DNA of 61,870 nucleotides, filler included, from Candidatus Tectimicrobiota bacterium (GTDB lineage: Bacteria > JACPSX01): NCBI GenBank assembly GCA_016193065.1. It is 8 parts of 8 records of this genome, joined end to end, with 100 filler letters (N's around TTAATTAATTAA, not from the genome) between each part and the next. Parts side by side here need not be neighbours in the genome. Positions count along the whole stretch, not along the records: positions 23,639 to 34,598 come from JACPSX010000111.1; positions 34,699 to 39,988 come from JACPSX010000112.1; positions 40,089 to 50,066 come from JACPSX010000113.1; 5 more parts are not named here. The stretch is one strand, 5' to 3'. The notes under the pieces are model-generated. The model saw nothing but the letters and a program-made list of their open reading frames with translations. It was not told the DNA's origin and searched no databases. Positions 30,518 through 41,572 of this stretch are shown piece by piece (position 1 is the stretch's first letter; the number at the start of each line of letters is the position of its first letter). A program made the position numbers and the translations under genes.

Positions 30518-31648
30518 GTGTCAAAGGTCATGACGGCGAAACGGGAACTCCGCAACCAGCTCATCCTCGCCCGCCAGCACCTGCATCACAAGCGTTGGGC
30601 CAAGGCACTGGAAACTTTGAAAAGAGCCGCCGCCCTGGACCCCTCAAACCTGGAGATCCGCTTGCAGACAGCCAGGCTGTGCCAGGATCAAAACCAGCTT
30701 GAAGAAGCCTTGAAATACCTGGACAGCATCCTGGCCCGGGAACCGGATCACTACCTCTCTCTCGTCCTCAAAGGCAATCTCCTCCTGTCCCAGGGGAAGC
30801 CTCGCCAAGCCCTCGATTCCTTCCTGCGAGCCACGGAGCGTCAGGAGGACCCCGAAGTCTATTACAACTTGGGGATCTGTTACCGCTCCCTTCGGGAATC
30901 CTCCAAGGCAGAGAATGCCTTCTTGCGGGTTTGGAAGATCTCTCCCAGGGAGGCCATCGGGCTTCTGGCAGGGGCCCAGGCGGCCCTGGGGCGGGGACGC
31001 CTTGATGAGGCCCGGCAGATCCTCGAGCAGGCCGTCCAACTCTTCCCGCAATATACTCCCGCCAAGGAAGAACTGGCTCAGCTCTACATTCAGATCAAGC
31101 GTCTGGATCAGGCCGAAAGCCTCCTTCGGGACCTTCTTTCGGAAGGACATGCCACCCCGACCGTGTATCATCGCCTCGGGACCATCGCCGCCGAACGAGG
31201 AAAATGGCAGGAAGCCATCGATTTCTGGCAAGAAGTCATCCGGCGCAGCCCCGCGGCCGACGAAACCTTACGAGAGATGGGGTGGGCTCACCACATCCTT
31301 CGAAACCCCGGCACGGCGGAAAAGCTTCTCAAACGGGCTCTGGAAATCAATCCGGATAATTCCAAAGCCCTCATCGACCTGGGCGCCGTCTACATCAGCA
31401 ACGGCTGGGTTCAAGGAGCCATCGAGGCCTGGAGCAAGGCTCTGCAGAAAGAGCCCGGGAACGAGGCTCTGCAACACCATCTGGAGCAGGCCCAGGATCT
31501 GCTCAAGAGACACGGCCCCATGATTCTCCCCGACCCCGGAGTCCCTGCGGAAAATCAGTCCGCGCCACAACCGGAGCCTGGAAGCCCGCTCGCTTCCCAA
31601 AAGATCATCCCGATCGAGAACCATCGCCCCCCTCACCCCAAAGCATAG
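30518..31648 (+). CDS. Tetratricopeptide repeat protein
   Basis: Multiple TPR units (YYNLGICY, ALEINPDN, LIDLGAVY). Confidence 0.88.
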   Translation: MSKVMTAKRELRNQLILARQHLHHKRWAKALETLKRAAALDPSNLEIRLQTARLCQDQNQLEEALKYLDSILAREPDHYLSLVLKGNLLLSQGKPRQALDSFLRATERQEDPEVYYNLGICYRSLRESSKAENAFLRVWKISPREAIGLLAGAQAALGRGRLDEARQILEQAVQLFPQYTPAKEELAQLYIQIKRLDQAESLLRDLLSEGHATPTVYHRLGTIAAERGKWQEAIDFWQEVIRRSPAADETLREMGWAHHILRNPGTAEKLLKRALEINPDNSKALIDLGAVYISNGWVQGAIEAWSKALQKEPGNEALQHHLEQAQDLLKRHGPMILPDPGVPAENQSAPQPEPGSPLASQKIIPIENHRPPHPKA

Positions 31649-31655
31649 ACCCTGC

Positions 31656-32372
31656 TCAACCGGCCGGATCCGCTCTTGCCGAGGAGCCCCTTTCCTTTTC
31701 GTGGCCCGCCACGAGAACCGTAATTTCCCCTTTGAGCTTCTTGCCTTCCAGGTCTTGCCGGAGACCCCCGGCAGTCCCCCGCAAAATCTCCTCGAAACGC
31801 TTGGTCATTTCCCGGGCTACAACCACGGGGCGCTCCCCGAGAATCTCCGCAATCTCCTTCAAGAGATCATAGATCCTGAAGGGGGATTCGTAGAAGATGA
31901 GCGTAGCGGTCTCCTCCTTGAGGGCTTCCAGGCGCCGGCGCCGCTTCCCCGCTCGGTGGGGCAGGAACCCCTCGAACAAGAAGCGATCGGTTGGCAGTCC
32001 TGAGGCGCACAGAGCGGAGATAAAGGCCGTGGGTCCCGGGATGGGAACCACCTGGATTCCCGCCTCGATGGCTTGCCGGACCAAGAGGTATGCCGGGTCC
32101 GAGATTCCCGGTGTCCCCGCATCCGAAACCAGCGCCACGTCGCTTCCGGACAAAATCCGCTGGATCAAACTTCTCCCCTTTTGCCGCTCGTTGTACTGGT
32201 GGTAGCTGGTCAGAGGGGTGGAGATCCCGTAATGGGAGAGGAGATGACGCGTGTGGCGCGTATCTTCAGCGGCGATGAGGTCAACTTCTTTGAGAGTCCT
32301 CAGGGCCCGGAGGGTGATGTCTTCCAGGTTTCCAACCGGTGTGGCGACGAGATAGAGTTTCCCCTGGGCCAC
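31656..32372 (-). CDS. rsmI: 16S rRNA (C1402)-2'-O-methyltransferase
   Basis: LYLVATPVGNLEDIT, AEDTR, SDAGTPGISDP, YESPFR, REMTKRFEE. Confidence 0.96.
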   Translation of the reverse strand: MAQGKLYLVATPVGNLEDITLRALRTLKEVDLIAAEDTRHTRHLLSHYGISTPLTSYHQYNERQKGRSLIQRILSGSDVALVSDAGTPGISDPAYLLVRQAIEAGIQVVPIPGPTAFISALCASGLPTDRFLFEGFLPHRAGKRRRRLEALKEETATLIFYESPFRIYDLLKEIAEILGERPVVVAREMTKRFEEILRGTAGGLRQDLEGKKLKGEITVLVAGHEKERGSSARADPAG

Positions 32373-32397
32373 GGATCTGGCCTGGACCGAAGAAACT

Positions 32398-32646
32398 TCA
32401 GGAATGGCCCCTCCCGTCTTCGGGCTCGATTTTTCTCCCCCTGAGCTGCAGGTCGTCGGGGTACTCCATGCCCTTCCTGGCTAACTCCTCAAGAGCCGCC
32501 GCTACCATCTGCTTGCCGAGTTCCCGGGCGTCCTCCAAAGTCGGAGCCTGCCCCCGGTAATCCCGCATGGCCGGAATAAACACGTTGTAGCCTCCCCCCT
32601 CCACCTTTTCATAGACGACCGTGTAGGTGTAACTCTCTTTCCCCAT
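32398..32646 (-). CDS. HicB-like antitoxin (orphan)
   Basis: YTVVYE..GGYNVFIPAM...QAPTLEDAR pattern. Confidence 0.7.
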   Translation of the reverse strand: MGKESYTYTVVYEKVEGGGYNVFIPAMRDYRGQAPTLEDARELGKQMVAAALEELARKGMEYPDDLQLRGRKIEPEDGRGHS

Positions 32647-32774
32647 CTTCTCCCCCTCCGGATAAGGGAAACCGCATTGGACGCACGTGCGGTTGGTTTG
32701 CCAAGAATAGGCCCTTTCCGCCCTCCCCTGGTTTCTTGCCAAAAGCTGACGGCGAATCGCTGAACGCTTATCCG

Positions 32775-33602
32775 CTACCGGCCCCAGTCCCGGGCGTATC
32801 GAAAATCCCTGTCGATGGTCCGGTTCGAGATTTTGGCAATGACCGGGAGCCTCCTCTTGTACTGGGAGCCCTGGACCAGCTTCGTGACCCGGGTAACGAA
32901 GTCCGGTTCAAACCCGAGGTCCTGGAGCTGCTCCTCGTTGTAGCGCCGGTCCACCATGTAATAGAGGAGCCGGTCGACCTCCGCATACGTGAACCCCAGT
33001 TCCCCCTCGTCCGACTGCCCCTGCCAGAGGTCCGCAGTCGGGGGTTTACGCAGGATCGTCTCAGGGATTCCCATGGCCTCCGCGAGCTGCCGCACCTGGG
33101 TTTTATAGAGATCCCCCAGAGGGTTTATGGCCGAGGCCATATCTCCGTGCAGGGTCCCGTAGCCCAGGAGGAGCTCGGTCTTGTTGCTCGTGCCCAGGAC
33201 CAGAGCCTTCTCGACCATGGAAAAGTCGTACAGGATCGTCATGCGCTCGCGGGCCATCTTGTTGCCTCGCCGCACCGGATCCGCCTCGGGAAAGGCCGCA
33301 AAATAGGCATCGATCATCGGGGTAATGTCAATCACCCGCGAACGGATCCCCAGGACAGCCACGACCCTGCGAGCGTCTTCCAGGCTCTGGGAGCTGCTGG
33401 TCCGGTAGGGCATGATGAGGCCCAGCACTTGCGCCGGCCCCAGGGCTTCCGCGCCCAGGTAAGCAGAGAGGCTGGAATCGATCCCCCCGGACAGTCCTAC
33501 CACAACGCGTTCGTGCCCGGTCTTTGTGACCTCGTTGCGGATAAACCCCGTGAGCATCCGCCGGACAAGCTCAACGCTGATCCTGACCTCACTCATCCCC
33601 AT
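32775..33602 (-). CDS. nadE: NAD+ synthetase (synthetase subunit)
   Basis: [38 protein letters not shown]. Confidence 0.95.
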   Translation of the reverse strand: MGMSEVRISVELVRRMLTGFIRNEVTKTGHERVVVGLSGGIDSSLSAYLGAEALGPAQVLGLIMPYRTSSSQSLEDARRVVAVLGIRSRVIDITPMIDAYFAAFPEADPVRRGNKMARERMTILYDFSMVEKALVLGTSNKTELLLGYGTLHGDMASAINPLGDLYKTQVRQLAEAMGIPETILRKPPTADLWQGQSDEGELGFTYAEVDRLLYYMVDRRYNEEQLQDLGFEPDFVTRVTKLVQGSQYKRRLPVIAKISNRTIDRDFRYARDWGR

Positions 33603-34458
33603 CCCCCTCCGGGAAGTGCTTTCGATAGATGCGCTGCAGCTCGCGGAAGGTTAAATCCAGATCCTCGTCCCGGCGCACGGTGTTCGAGATCCGGGACCGG
33701 CGCACCTCATCCAGGTCAAAAACACCGACGAGCAAATTCTCCTCAAAGTCATTCCCCTTGAGAAGCCGCTCTCCTGCCGGGGATATGATCTCAGACCCGC
33801 CCCAGAAGTTCACCCCGTCCTCGTAGCCCACCCGGTTTGTAAAGCACACCCCCATGGTGAACAGAGTGGCATAGGTGCGGTTCATCGCCTCCCAGGTCTC
33901 GGCAATCTCCAGTTTTCCTCCTCTCTCCGCACCCCGGCCGGGGCTGGCCGCAGGGATCAGGAGGAGATCGGCCCCCTGCTGGGCTGCAAGGTAAACGGTG
34001 GAGACGTGCCAGAGATCTTCGCAGATCAGAATGGCCATCTGGCCAAACCGGCTCTTAAACGTCCTCACTGTCCGACCGCGGGCTAAATAGCGCTGCTCAT
34101 CGAAGAGCCCGTAGGTGGGCAGGTAAACTTTGCGGTGGCAATGCCGGATGGCACCGTCCTCGAGATAGAGGGCCGCATTGTAAAAGAGCGCCTCCTCGGA
34201 CTCCTCCACGAGGCCGATAACCAGAGAGATGCCCCGGCTCATTTCCTCCAGCTCGCGGACGACCGGCGAATCCAGGCGCAGAGCGACCTGCGGCACCATG
34301 TCTTTCAAGAAGTAGCCCGTCAGGCTCAACTCGGGAAAGATCAACAGATCCACGCTGCTCCTGTGCCCCCGGTCTATGAAATCCCGGTGGATTTCCAGGT
34401 TGCGCTGCAAGTCTCCCAGGGTAGGGTTAATCTGAGCCAGTCCGATCTTTGCTTTCAA
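33589..34458 (-). CDS. Nitrilase-fold glutaminase partner of NadE
   Basis: [32 protein letters not shown]; overlaps nadE. Confidence 0.88.
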   Translation of the reverse strand: MKAKIGLAQINPTLGDLQRNLEIHRDFIDRGHRSSVDLLIFPELSLTGYFLKDMVPQVALRLDSPVVRELEEMSRGISLVIGLVEESEEALFYNAALYLEDGAIRHCHRKVYLPTYGLFDEQRYLARGRTVRTFKSRFGQMAILICEDLWHVSTVYLAAQQGADLLLIPAASPGRGAERGGKLEIAETWEAMNRTYATLFTMGVCFTNRVGYEDGVNFWGGSEIISPAGERLLKGNDFEENLLVGVFDLDEVRRSRISNTVRRDEDLDLTFRELQRIYRKHFPEGDGDE

Positions 34459-34468
34459 TAGATCCCTC

Positions 34469-34598
34469 TCAGGGAACGAGCGGGTCCTCCAGTTCGTAAA
34501 CCCCTTTCATCTCGGTGGAATAGTCCCCGCTTTCCCGGTTGACGAAGAATGGAGGGGAAACCCGCAAGCCCGCCCGCCCCCTTTTTACGGCTTCCACC
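34469..34598 (-). CDS. Probable tRNA1(Val) m6A37 methyltransferase, C-terminal fragment
   Basis: Manual translation VEAVKRGRAGLRVSPPFFV...GDYSTEMKGVY; neighbourhood with rsmI. Confidence 0.5.
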
Positions 34599-34698
34599 NN
34601 NNNNNNNNNNNNNNNNNNNNNNNNNNNNNNNNNNNNNNNNNNTTAATTAATTAANNNNNNNNNNNNNNNNNNNNNNNNNNNNNNNNNNNNNNNNNNNN

Positions 34699-35282
34699 AG
34701 AACGGTGGCCTGTGCGGCTCCCGCTTCCAGTGCGGCAAATCGATCCGGCTGGCCGCCGATCTGCACCATTGTCACATCGGTAGGTCGCAAGCCCAGTTGC
34801 CGGACCGCGTAAAGGGCACCGAATTCGGAGAGGGCGCCGAACCGCGTGATGGCCACGCGCCCGCCCACCAGATCTTTGCCCTCTTTGATGCCCTTGCCGC
34901 CGAAAAAGATGTAATCCAGCTTGTCGGCCAGGTTGATGAAGACCACCACATCGGTGCCCCGCAAGTTGGCGTTGACCGGTTGCACCCCGGAAGCCACGAT
35001 GACCGGAGATTCTTTGGCCATCAAGGCCTGAATCGCGGAGCCAGTTCCCATGTAGATCAAGGTCACGTCCAGGCCGTTTTTCTCGAAAATACCGGCGTCC
35101 TTCACCACTCTCATGATGGCCTGCTGACCGGAGATCGTTGTGTAAGAGACGGGGACTTTGGTCAACCCCTGGGCGGCCGGCTCTGTAACGACAGCGACCA
35201 GCAGGCAGAAAACCATGGCCGGGATGGCCATCCACTTCCGCATCATTATCGATGGGCCCATTTTTCTTCTCCTTCCACTCAC
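34699..35282 (-). CDS. SsuA/THI5-like ABC substrate-binding protein, truncated
   Basis: Signal peptide, GIFEKNGLDV, DLVGGRVAITRFG, RFAALEAG. Confidence 0.82.
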
Positions 35283-35428
35283 TTAGAGTAAAGTAAAAAT
35301 AATAATAGGACCCCCTGCTGCCGCCGTCAAGATTCATTCGGGTCCTGAATCGGTAGGAGAGAAAACCACCCGGACGTGTTAAGATAAAACAAATAGGGCA
35401 TTCTCCTTGAACCGCTGGGAGGTGGATC

Positions 35429-36820
35429 ATGTCATCCGCATTTCGTGACTTTCTGCGCCTGCTGGAAGGGGAAGGACAGCTCTTGCGAATTCAAGAGAAC
35501 GTCAATCCCCGCTTTGAGCTCTCCCAAATCCTCAAAGAAGTCGACCGCAGGGGAGGGCCGGCGCTCCTGTTCGAGCGGGTCTCGGGCTGTTCCTTTCCCG
35601 TGGCGGGAAATCTCCTGGGGACCCGGCATCGGCTGGCCCTGCTCTTCGGCACTTCCGAGGAACACATTGTGGAAGAATATGAGCGGCGCAGAAGCCGCCT
35701 CATTCCGCCGGTGGTGGCTTCCTATGCACCTTGCCAGGAGGTCGTGGTCCAGGAGGAAATGGATATTCTAAAGACGCTTCCCATCCCGACCTACCACGAG
35801 AAGGACGGCGGCCCGTACATCACCTGCGGAGTTTTATTCGCCAAGGATCCCCTGACGGGACAGCGGGGAGTGGGGCTCCACCGCCTGCACGTGAAGGGGA
35901 AGAACCGGCTGGGAGTCCACCTGAGCAACCCGCCGATCTCCCAGTTCCAGGCCAACGCCGAAGCCCTGGGAAATCCCCTCGAAGTCGCCATCGCCCTGGG
36001 GGTGGACCCCGTGATCCTGATGGCCTCCATTGTCCGCATGCCCACCGGCGACAAACTCGCGCTGGCCGGCGGCCTGCGCGGGGAAGCCGTGGAAGTGGTT
36101 CGCGGGACCCGGGTAGGGGTTGAAGTTCCGGCCCGAGCCGAAGCGGTTCTGGAGGGGAAGATCCTACCCGGAGTCCGGGAAGACGAGGGCCCCTTTGGAG
36201 AGACCTCGGGCTATTACTTTCGGGATCGCAGCCACGTAATCGAAGTGACCGCAATCACCCACCGGGACCGTCCCATCAGCCAGGCCCTGCATCCGATGAC
36301 CAACGAGGTGGTTATGCTGGCCGGAGCTTCCGCGGAGGCGGAGCTCCTGCGTTTTTTGCGCGGAGAGGGCTATCAGGTCCGCCACCTCCATCTCACGGGC
36401 GGGACGAGCCGGCCCCACGCCCTGATCTCTCTCCGGAAGAAGCACGACGGCGAGCCCAAACAGCTTCTCTACCTGCTCCTTTCTCACTCTCCTTGGATCA
36501 AGCATGCCGCGGTCCTGGACGACGACGTGGATCTTCACGATCCGGATGATGTGGAGTGGGCTCTATCCACGCGGGTGCAAGGAGATAGAGACTTGGTCGT
36601 CCTCTCGGGGTTGCCCGGCCGCAGCATCGATCCCTCGACCCGCGATGGATTTGGGTCCAAGGTGGGTGTGGATGCCACCGTTCCGATCCAGGAGCGGGAA
36701 CGCTACGTCCGTCCCCGAGTTCCGGCCGACGTTGCCCAGAAAGCCCGGGAATTTGTCTCGCGCTACTTGAAGGAAGGAGAGCACCCGCCCCACGGCCATG
36801 GTCACGGTCACGGCCACTAA
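35429..36820 (+). CDS. UbiD-family decarboxylase with a His/Gly tail
   Basis: FRDFLRLLE, HEKDGGPYIT, EGPFGETSGYY, VEWALSTR, KVGVDAT. Confidence 0.92.
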   Translation: MSSAFRDFLRLLEGEGQLLRIQENVNPRFELSQILKEVDRRGGPALLFERVSGCSFPVAGNLLGTRHRLALLFGTSEEHIVEEYERRRSRLIPPVVASYAPCQEVVVQEEMDILKTLPIPTYHEKDGGPYITCGVLFAKDPLTGQRGVGLHRLHVKGKNRLGVHLSNPPISQFQANAEALGNPLEVAIALGVDPVILMASIVRMPTGDKLALAGGLRGEAVEVVRGTRVGVEVPARAEAVLEGKILPGVREDEGPFGETSGYYFRDRSHVIEVTAITHRDRPISQALHPMTNEVVMLAGASAEAELLRFLRGEGYQVRHLHLTGGTSRPHALISLRKKHDGEPKQLLYLLLSHSPWIKHAAVLDDDVDLHDPDDVEWALSTRVQGDRDLVVLSGLPGRSIDPSTRDGFGSKVGVDATVPIQERERYVRPRVPADVAQKAREFVSRYLKEGEHPPHGHGHGHGH

Positions 36821-36964
36821 TTTTTTAGCCCCTCTCCACCATCTTGGGGGAGAGGGTTGGGTGAGGGGGATTTTCTCAGCAGCGGGAAAAGCGCTTGTAT
36901 TGGCCGACATGGAGTTGGTGTAGAATATTCTCTGAAGATTAGGATGAATGCCGGAGATCGTTCC

Positions 36965-37264
36965 ATGAGCCCCAAGATTCCCATCGATCAAGACAAGATC
37001 GCTGAATTCTGCCGCAGTCACCATATTCGTAAACTAGCGCTCTTCGGTTCTGTACTTCGCGAGGACTTCGGCCCCAACAGTGATGTGGATGTTCTGGTGG
37101 AGTTTGACCCGGATCATGTGCCGGGACTTGCTTTCCTTGCCATGGAGGCCGAGCTTTCTGAGCTTCTCGGGAGGAAAGTGGATTTGAACACGCCGAATTT
37201 TCTGAGCCCTTATTTCCGGGACCTCGCGCTCATGGAGGCCGAGGTGCATTATGTCGCAGCGTAA
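36965..37264 (+). CDS. Minimal nucleotidyltransferase (MNT/MntA-type antitoxin)
   Basis: LALFGSVLREDFGPNSDVDVLVEF, LGRKVDL. Confidence 0.9.
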   Translation: MSPKIPIDQDKIAEFCRSHHIRKLALFGSVLREDFGPNSDVDVLVEFDPDHVPGLAFLAMEAELSELLGRKVDLNTPNFLSPYFRDLALMEAEVHYVAA

Positions 37265-37385
37265 GAGCAGCATAAGCCTTGAACAGGTTGATTTCGACAT
37301 CCTTGGGCAAATCCTCACGAGGGATCTCCCTCCTCTCATGGCCGAACTGAAAAGACTCGTCCCGCCGGAAAAACGACCGACATGA
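37251..37385 (+). pseudogene. HEPN (DUF86/HepT-type) toxin remnant, 44 aa
   Basis: Overlaps the MNT stop; MSQR.. fused to the C-terminal VDFDILGQILTRDLPPL; RX4H core missing. Confidence 0.65.
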
Positions 37386-37478
37386 GCCTGCCAGTTAAAT
37401 ATTGGCCCTGGACCATCACGCCTGGGGCCAGGTCTGTATCCCTTCTTGAGAAATGGAAAGCGCGGAACAGGGGACGGC

Positions 37479-39469
37479 ATGGGTCTGGGTGAATCCGACA
37501 CTCGCGCCAAATTAATCGACCCGGCACTGCACGCCTGCGGGTGGACCGAGGACCTCATCCGCCGGGAGGAGACTGCGGGCGGGATCGAGATCATCGATGG
37601 CAAGCCCCGCAAGCAGGCAAAGGGGCGGGTGGACTATACCCTTCGCATCAAGGTGAATCCCGATACTCAACCCCTTGCCGTGGCTCTGATCGAGGCGAAG
37701 GCAGAGGATTTCCCTCCCACCCACGGGCTGGAGCAAGCCAAGCTGTACGCCGCCTGTAAACGCCTCAACGTGCCGTTTGTTTTCTCCTCGAACGGTCATC
37801 TCTTCGTCGAGTTCGACCGGTTCACCGGGATCACCGCCTCCCCGAGGCCTTTGAGAGAGTTTCCCACACCCAACGACCTGCGCGCCCGCTACGAGAAGAG
37901 CGTGGGTTTCAGCCTGGAGTCTCCGGCGGCTCGGCCCCTCCTTGCGCGATACCCTGGAGGCGAGGCGACCCGGCGGTACTACCAAGATGCCGCCATCCGG
38001 GCCGTGCTGGAAAAGCTTGCACGTGGCGAGAAGCGTGCCCTCCTCTCGCTTGCCACCGGCGCCGGAAAAACCTTCATTGCGGTTCATTTGCTCAGGCGCA
38101 TTGCCGACGCGGGGCAGTTGCGCCGCGCGCTCTTTGTCTGCGACCGGGATGAGCTTCGCGCCCAGGGATTGGGAGCTTTCCAGAATGTCTTCGGGGCCGA
38201 TGCAGCCGAGGTCTATCGGGAAGCCGACGGGTCCAATCATGCCCGGAACGCTCGCATCCATATCGCCACATACCAGACTCTGGATGTTGACTCGGACGAC
38301 GCCGACGCAAACTTTCTTACTTCATACTATCCCGTGAACTATTTCAGCCATATTGTGATCGACGAATGTCACCGCTCCGCCTGGGGGAAATGGTCGCAAG
38401 TGCTCACCCGCAACCCGGACGCCGTGCAGATCGGCCTTACAGCGACTCCCCGGCAGTTGCCGATCCGGGAAAAGACAAGGGAAGCTCAAGCCGACGCGCA
38501 GCTCACCGCTGACAACCTCAAACACTTCGGCGAGCCGGTCTATGAATACGATATGAGCCAGGGGATCGAGGACGGATACCTGGCGGCCTGTGAGATTCAC
38601 CGGTTCGATCTCTTTCACGATAACAAGAAGGTCAACGAACGGGAAAGCGGTGTCAGCCGGGAAGATCTGGTTGACAAAGAAATGACGGATGCCCTTACAG
38701 GCGATCCGATCGGAGCAGGCTTTGCCCGTGAGCATTATGATGCGGAAGCGATCGAAGACAAACTCCTGATGCCGGAACGGGTCGCCGCCATGAGCCGGGA
38801 TCTTTTTGACCATTTGCTGGCGACCGGCGGTCCCGAGGCAAGGCCCCGCCGCCGCGCAGGCCGCCCAGGGGGCCAGGCCCGGAGCCGCCGGAGCCCGCCG
38901 AACATCCGATTGTGGTGGAAGGTTTTGATGTACACGTCACGGACGCCGGGCGCTACATCGTCACAGAGGTGGATGGTAAGGCCATGCCGGTGACTGTGGA
39001 GGAGTATAAAGAACGCCTGGCGGCCAGATTGGTGGAAGAGGCTCCGACATTGAAGGAGTTTCGCAATCGTTGGGTAATTCCGCCCGATCGGAAAGAACTG
39101 CTGGGTCGCTTGCCGGATGCGGGCCGTTCCGCGTTCCTGGTCCGCGCGCTGGAGGAAATGACCGATTTCGACCTCTACGACGTGCTGGCGGAACTCGGCT
39201 ATGGTCTTGCCCCCAAACGCCGTGGAGAAAGGGCCGACGCCTTTCTCTACAAGCACGCCGCCTGGCTGTCCGGCCTGCCCTTGGCGACGTCGGCCACACT
39301 GAAAGCACTTGCCCAACAGTTCTCCCGATCTGGCACTGATAGCCTGGAGAATCCCCAGATTTTCCAAACGCCCGAGGTCGTTCGTGCCGGAGGTCTCGCT
39401 GCCCTGAGAAATTTAGGCAAACCTGCTGATATCCTGCGCCAGACCAAAGAAAGGCTCTTCGCGGCATGA
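37479..39469 (+). pseudogene. hsdR: Type I restriction enzyme R subunit (EcoAI/EcoEI-like) with internal deletion and frameshift near 38837
   Basis: ESDTRAKLID, VDY...IEAK, ATGAGKT, DECHRS, GLTATP; C-terminal domain in ORF 38912..39469; helicase motifs IV-VI not seen. Confidence 0.78.
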
Positions 39470-39988
39470 GACTACCACAGGATGTTGCGAACCTGCTGGC
39501 GGTTGCAATTCGGGACGTTATTTGGTTTAAGCAGAACGTCTCTGCATTCTTGGATGCCTGCGGCGTTCCGAAGTCAATCATGCTAGAGGTGCGGCGCATG
39601 CAGCGTGATACTCCAACGATTAAGATCGTTCACCATGTCTTTGACCAGCTCGCTGAAAAAGGCGATGAGGGATTTAATGTTGCGAAGAGGCTGCTGACCA
39701 AGCTGTATTACTGGAACGACTTCCACACCATCCCTACAGACCGCAAGGAACAAGCAATGGTCTCCCTAAAGGCGCTACGTGAGGCCTACAAGAGATATGA
39801 AGCTCAAGAGGATTATCAAAAGGAACAGGAAAGAAAAATGCATGCCGAACGGGCCGAGAGGAGCCGGTTGACCAAGCTCGACCATGTGAAACTACAATCC
39901 TTCCGTGACGAGTTCGATTGTATCCACGCCCTAAAGAACCGACAAGAGCGCGGCAATCAGTTTCAGGACCTCATGAACAAGATCTTTG
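39466..39988 (+). CDS. Putative restriction endonuclease (Mrr-like catalytic domain starting at the contig end)
   Basis: 4-nt overlap with the hsdR remnant; ends QERGNQFQDLMNKIF, like the RG..FE..L..LF start of Mrr_cat; lower GC. Confidence 0.5.
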
Positions 39989-40088
39989 NNNNNNNNNNNN
40001 NNNNNNNNNNNNNNNNNNNNNNNNNNNNNNNNTTAATTAATTAANNNNNNNNNNNNNNNNNNNNNNNNNNNNNNNNNNNNNNNNNNNN

Positions 40089-40333
40089 GCGCGCTTTTCG
40101 AGGAGATCAAATTTGAAAACGGGAAAATAGTGAATCCCCGCTTCTCGTCCTACCGGCTCCCACGCTTCACCGACATTCCCTCCATCGAGGTCGTTCTTAT
40201 CGACCGCCAGGACATTCCGCCGGCTGGCGCCGGTGAAACTCCCATCGTCGCTGTGGCAGCGGCGATTCGTAACGCTATTTTGGCCGCGACGGGGATCCCC
40301 TTGCGATCCTTACCTCTAAGATTACCGGCCTGA
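40089..40333 (+). CDS. Xanthine dehydrogenase-family molybdopterin subunit, C-terminal fragment
   Basis: ALFEEIKF...YRLPRF..IP...GAGETPI...AIRNAILAATG...LPL. Confidence 0.82.
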
Positions 40334-40555
40334 AGGGACGATGTTGGAAACCAATAAACCTCACCGATGGGCACATCCATCGAGCGCTACTACGACCCCA
40401 CCTACCACCAGGCAGCCGTGGGGCGATAATTTCGCCCACTCAAAGAAGAGCGAGAGCAGCAGAGGAGGAAGTGCGGTGGTGTGCCCAGCACTCCCCCCTT
40501 TACAACCCGCAGAAGGGCATGATATAGAGGGGTGCGCCAAGTGAGGTCTGCACGG

Positions 40556-41546
40556 ATGACCGGACAGCAAGAGCAAAACCTGAAGCGCACGCCCCTCTAC
40601 GAAGCTCACAAGGACCTGGGCGCCAGGTTCGTTGAACCTGACCACGAACGACGCCGGCCGTCTGCTCCCGGGACAGGTTCAGTACTCCCTGCTGTGCAAC
40701 GAAAGCGGCGGGATCGTGGACGACATCACCGTGTACCGTCTGGCCGCCGACCGTTTCATGCTCTGCGTCAACGCCGCCAACATTGAAAAGGATTTGCGCT
40801 GGCTGAAAAGCCACTGGCAGTGGGAGGCCAAGCTCCAGGATCTGAGTTCCGAGACCGTTCAACTGGCCATCCAGGGTCCCTCGGCGGAGCCTTTACTCCA
40901 GAGACTCACTCCAGCCCAGCTAGGCAGCATTTCTTACTATGGGTTCGTCGTGGAGCAAGTCGCGGGGGTGCAGAGCCTCATTTCCCGGACTGGGTACACC
41001 GGGGAGGACGGTTTCGAGATCTATTACCACAGAGACCATGCCCGCCAGGTCTGGGAGAAGATCATGGAGGCTGGCAAGTCCTTCGGACTCAAGCCCTGCG
41101 GCCTGGGAGCCCGGGATACCTTGCGCCTGGAGATGCAGTACGCTCTCTACGGCCACGACCTGGATGATTCCACTACTCCTCTGGAAGCCGGACTCGGCTG
41201 GGTGGTCAAACTCGATAAGGGGAACTTCCTCGGAGGTGAACCGCTGCGCCGCCGGAAAGCAGAAGGGATCCCGCGGAAACTGATCGCCTTTGAACTCGGG
41301 GAACGCGGCGTTCCCCGCAGCCACTACCCTATCTTCTCCGGGGACCGTCCAGTCGGTCACGTAACCAGCGGCACTTTCTCCCCGTGCCTGCAAAAAGGGA
41401 TCGGCATGGGCTATGTGGACAGCGGTGATCTCACCGGTGAACTTAGTGCAGAGATTCGAGGGAAAAAGATAAGGATCCAACGGGTCACCACGACATTCTG
41501 GCCGAGCCGGGTCAAGAAACACCCGCGCAGCAGCACCACCCCTTAA
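40556..41546 (+). pseudogene. gcvT: Glycine cleavage T protein with internal deletion and frameshift near 40636
   Basis: LKRTPLYEAH..LGARFVE joins LTTND in another frame; FGGW-MP...FDVSHMG segment absent; SRTGYTGEDGFE, GLGARDTLRLE present. Confidence 0.88.
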
Positions 41547-41572
41547 ACCAAGTCTATCCACCGGGAGGCATC

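Noticed and set aside
34469-34598. Possible fusion of the methyltransferase tail to the nitrilase
   Set aside because: There is an in-frame TGA at 34469-34471.
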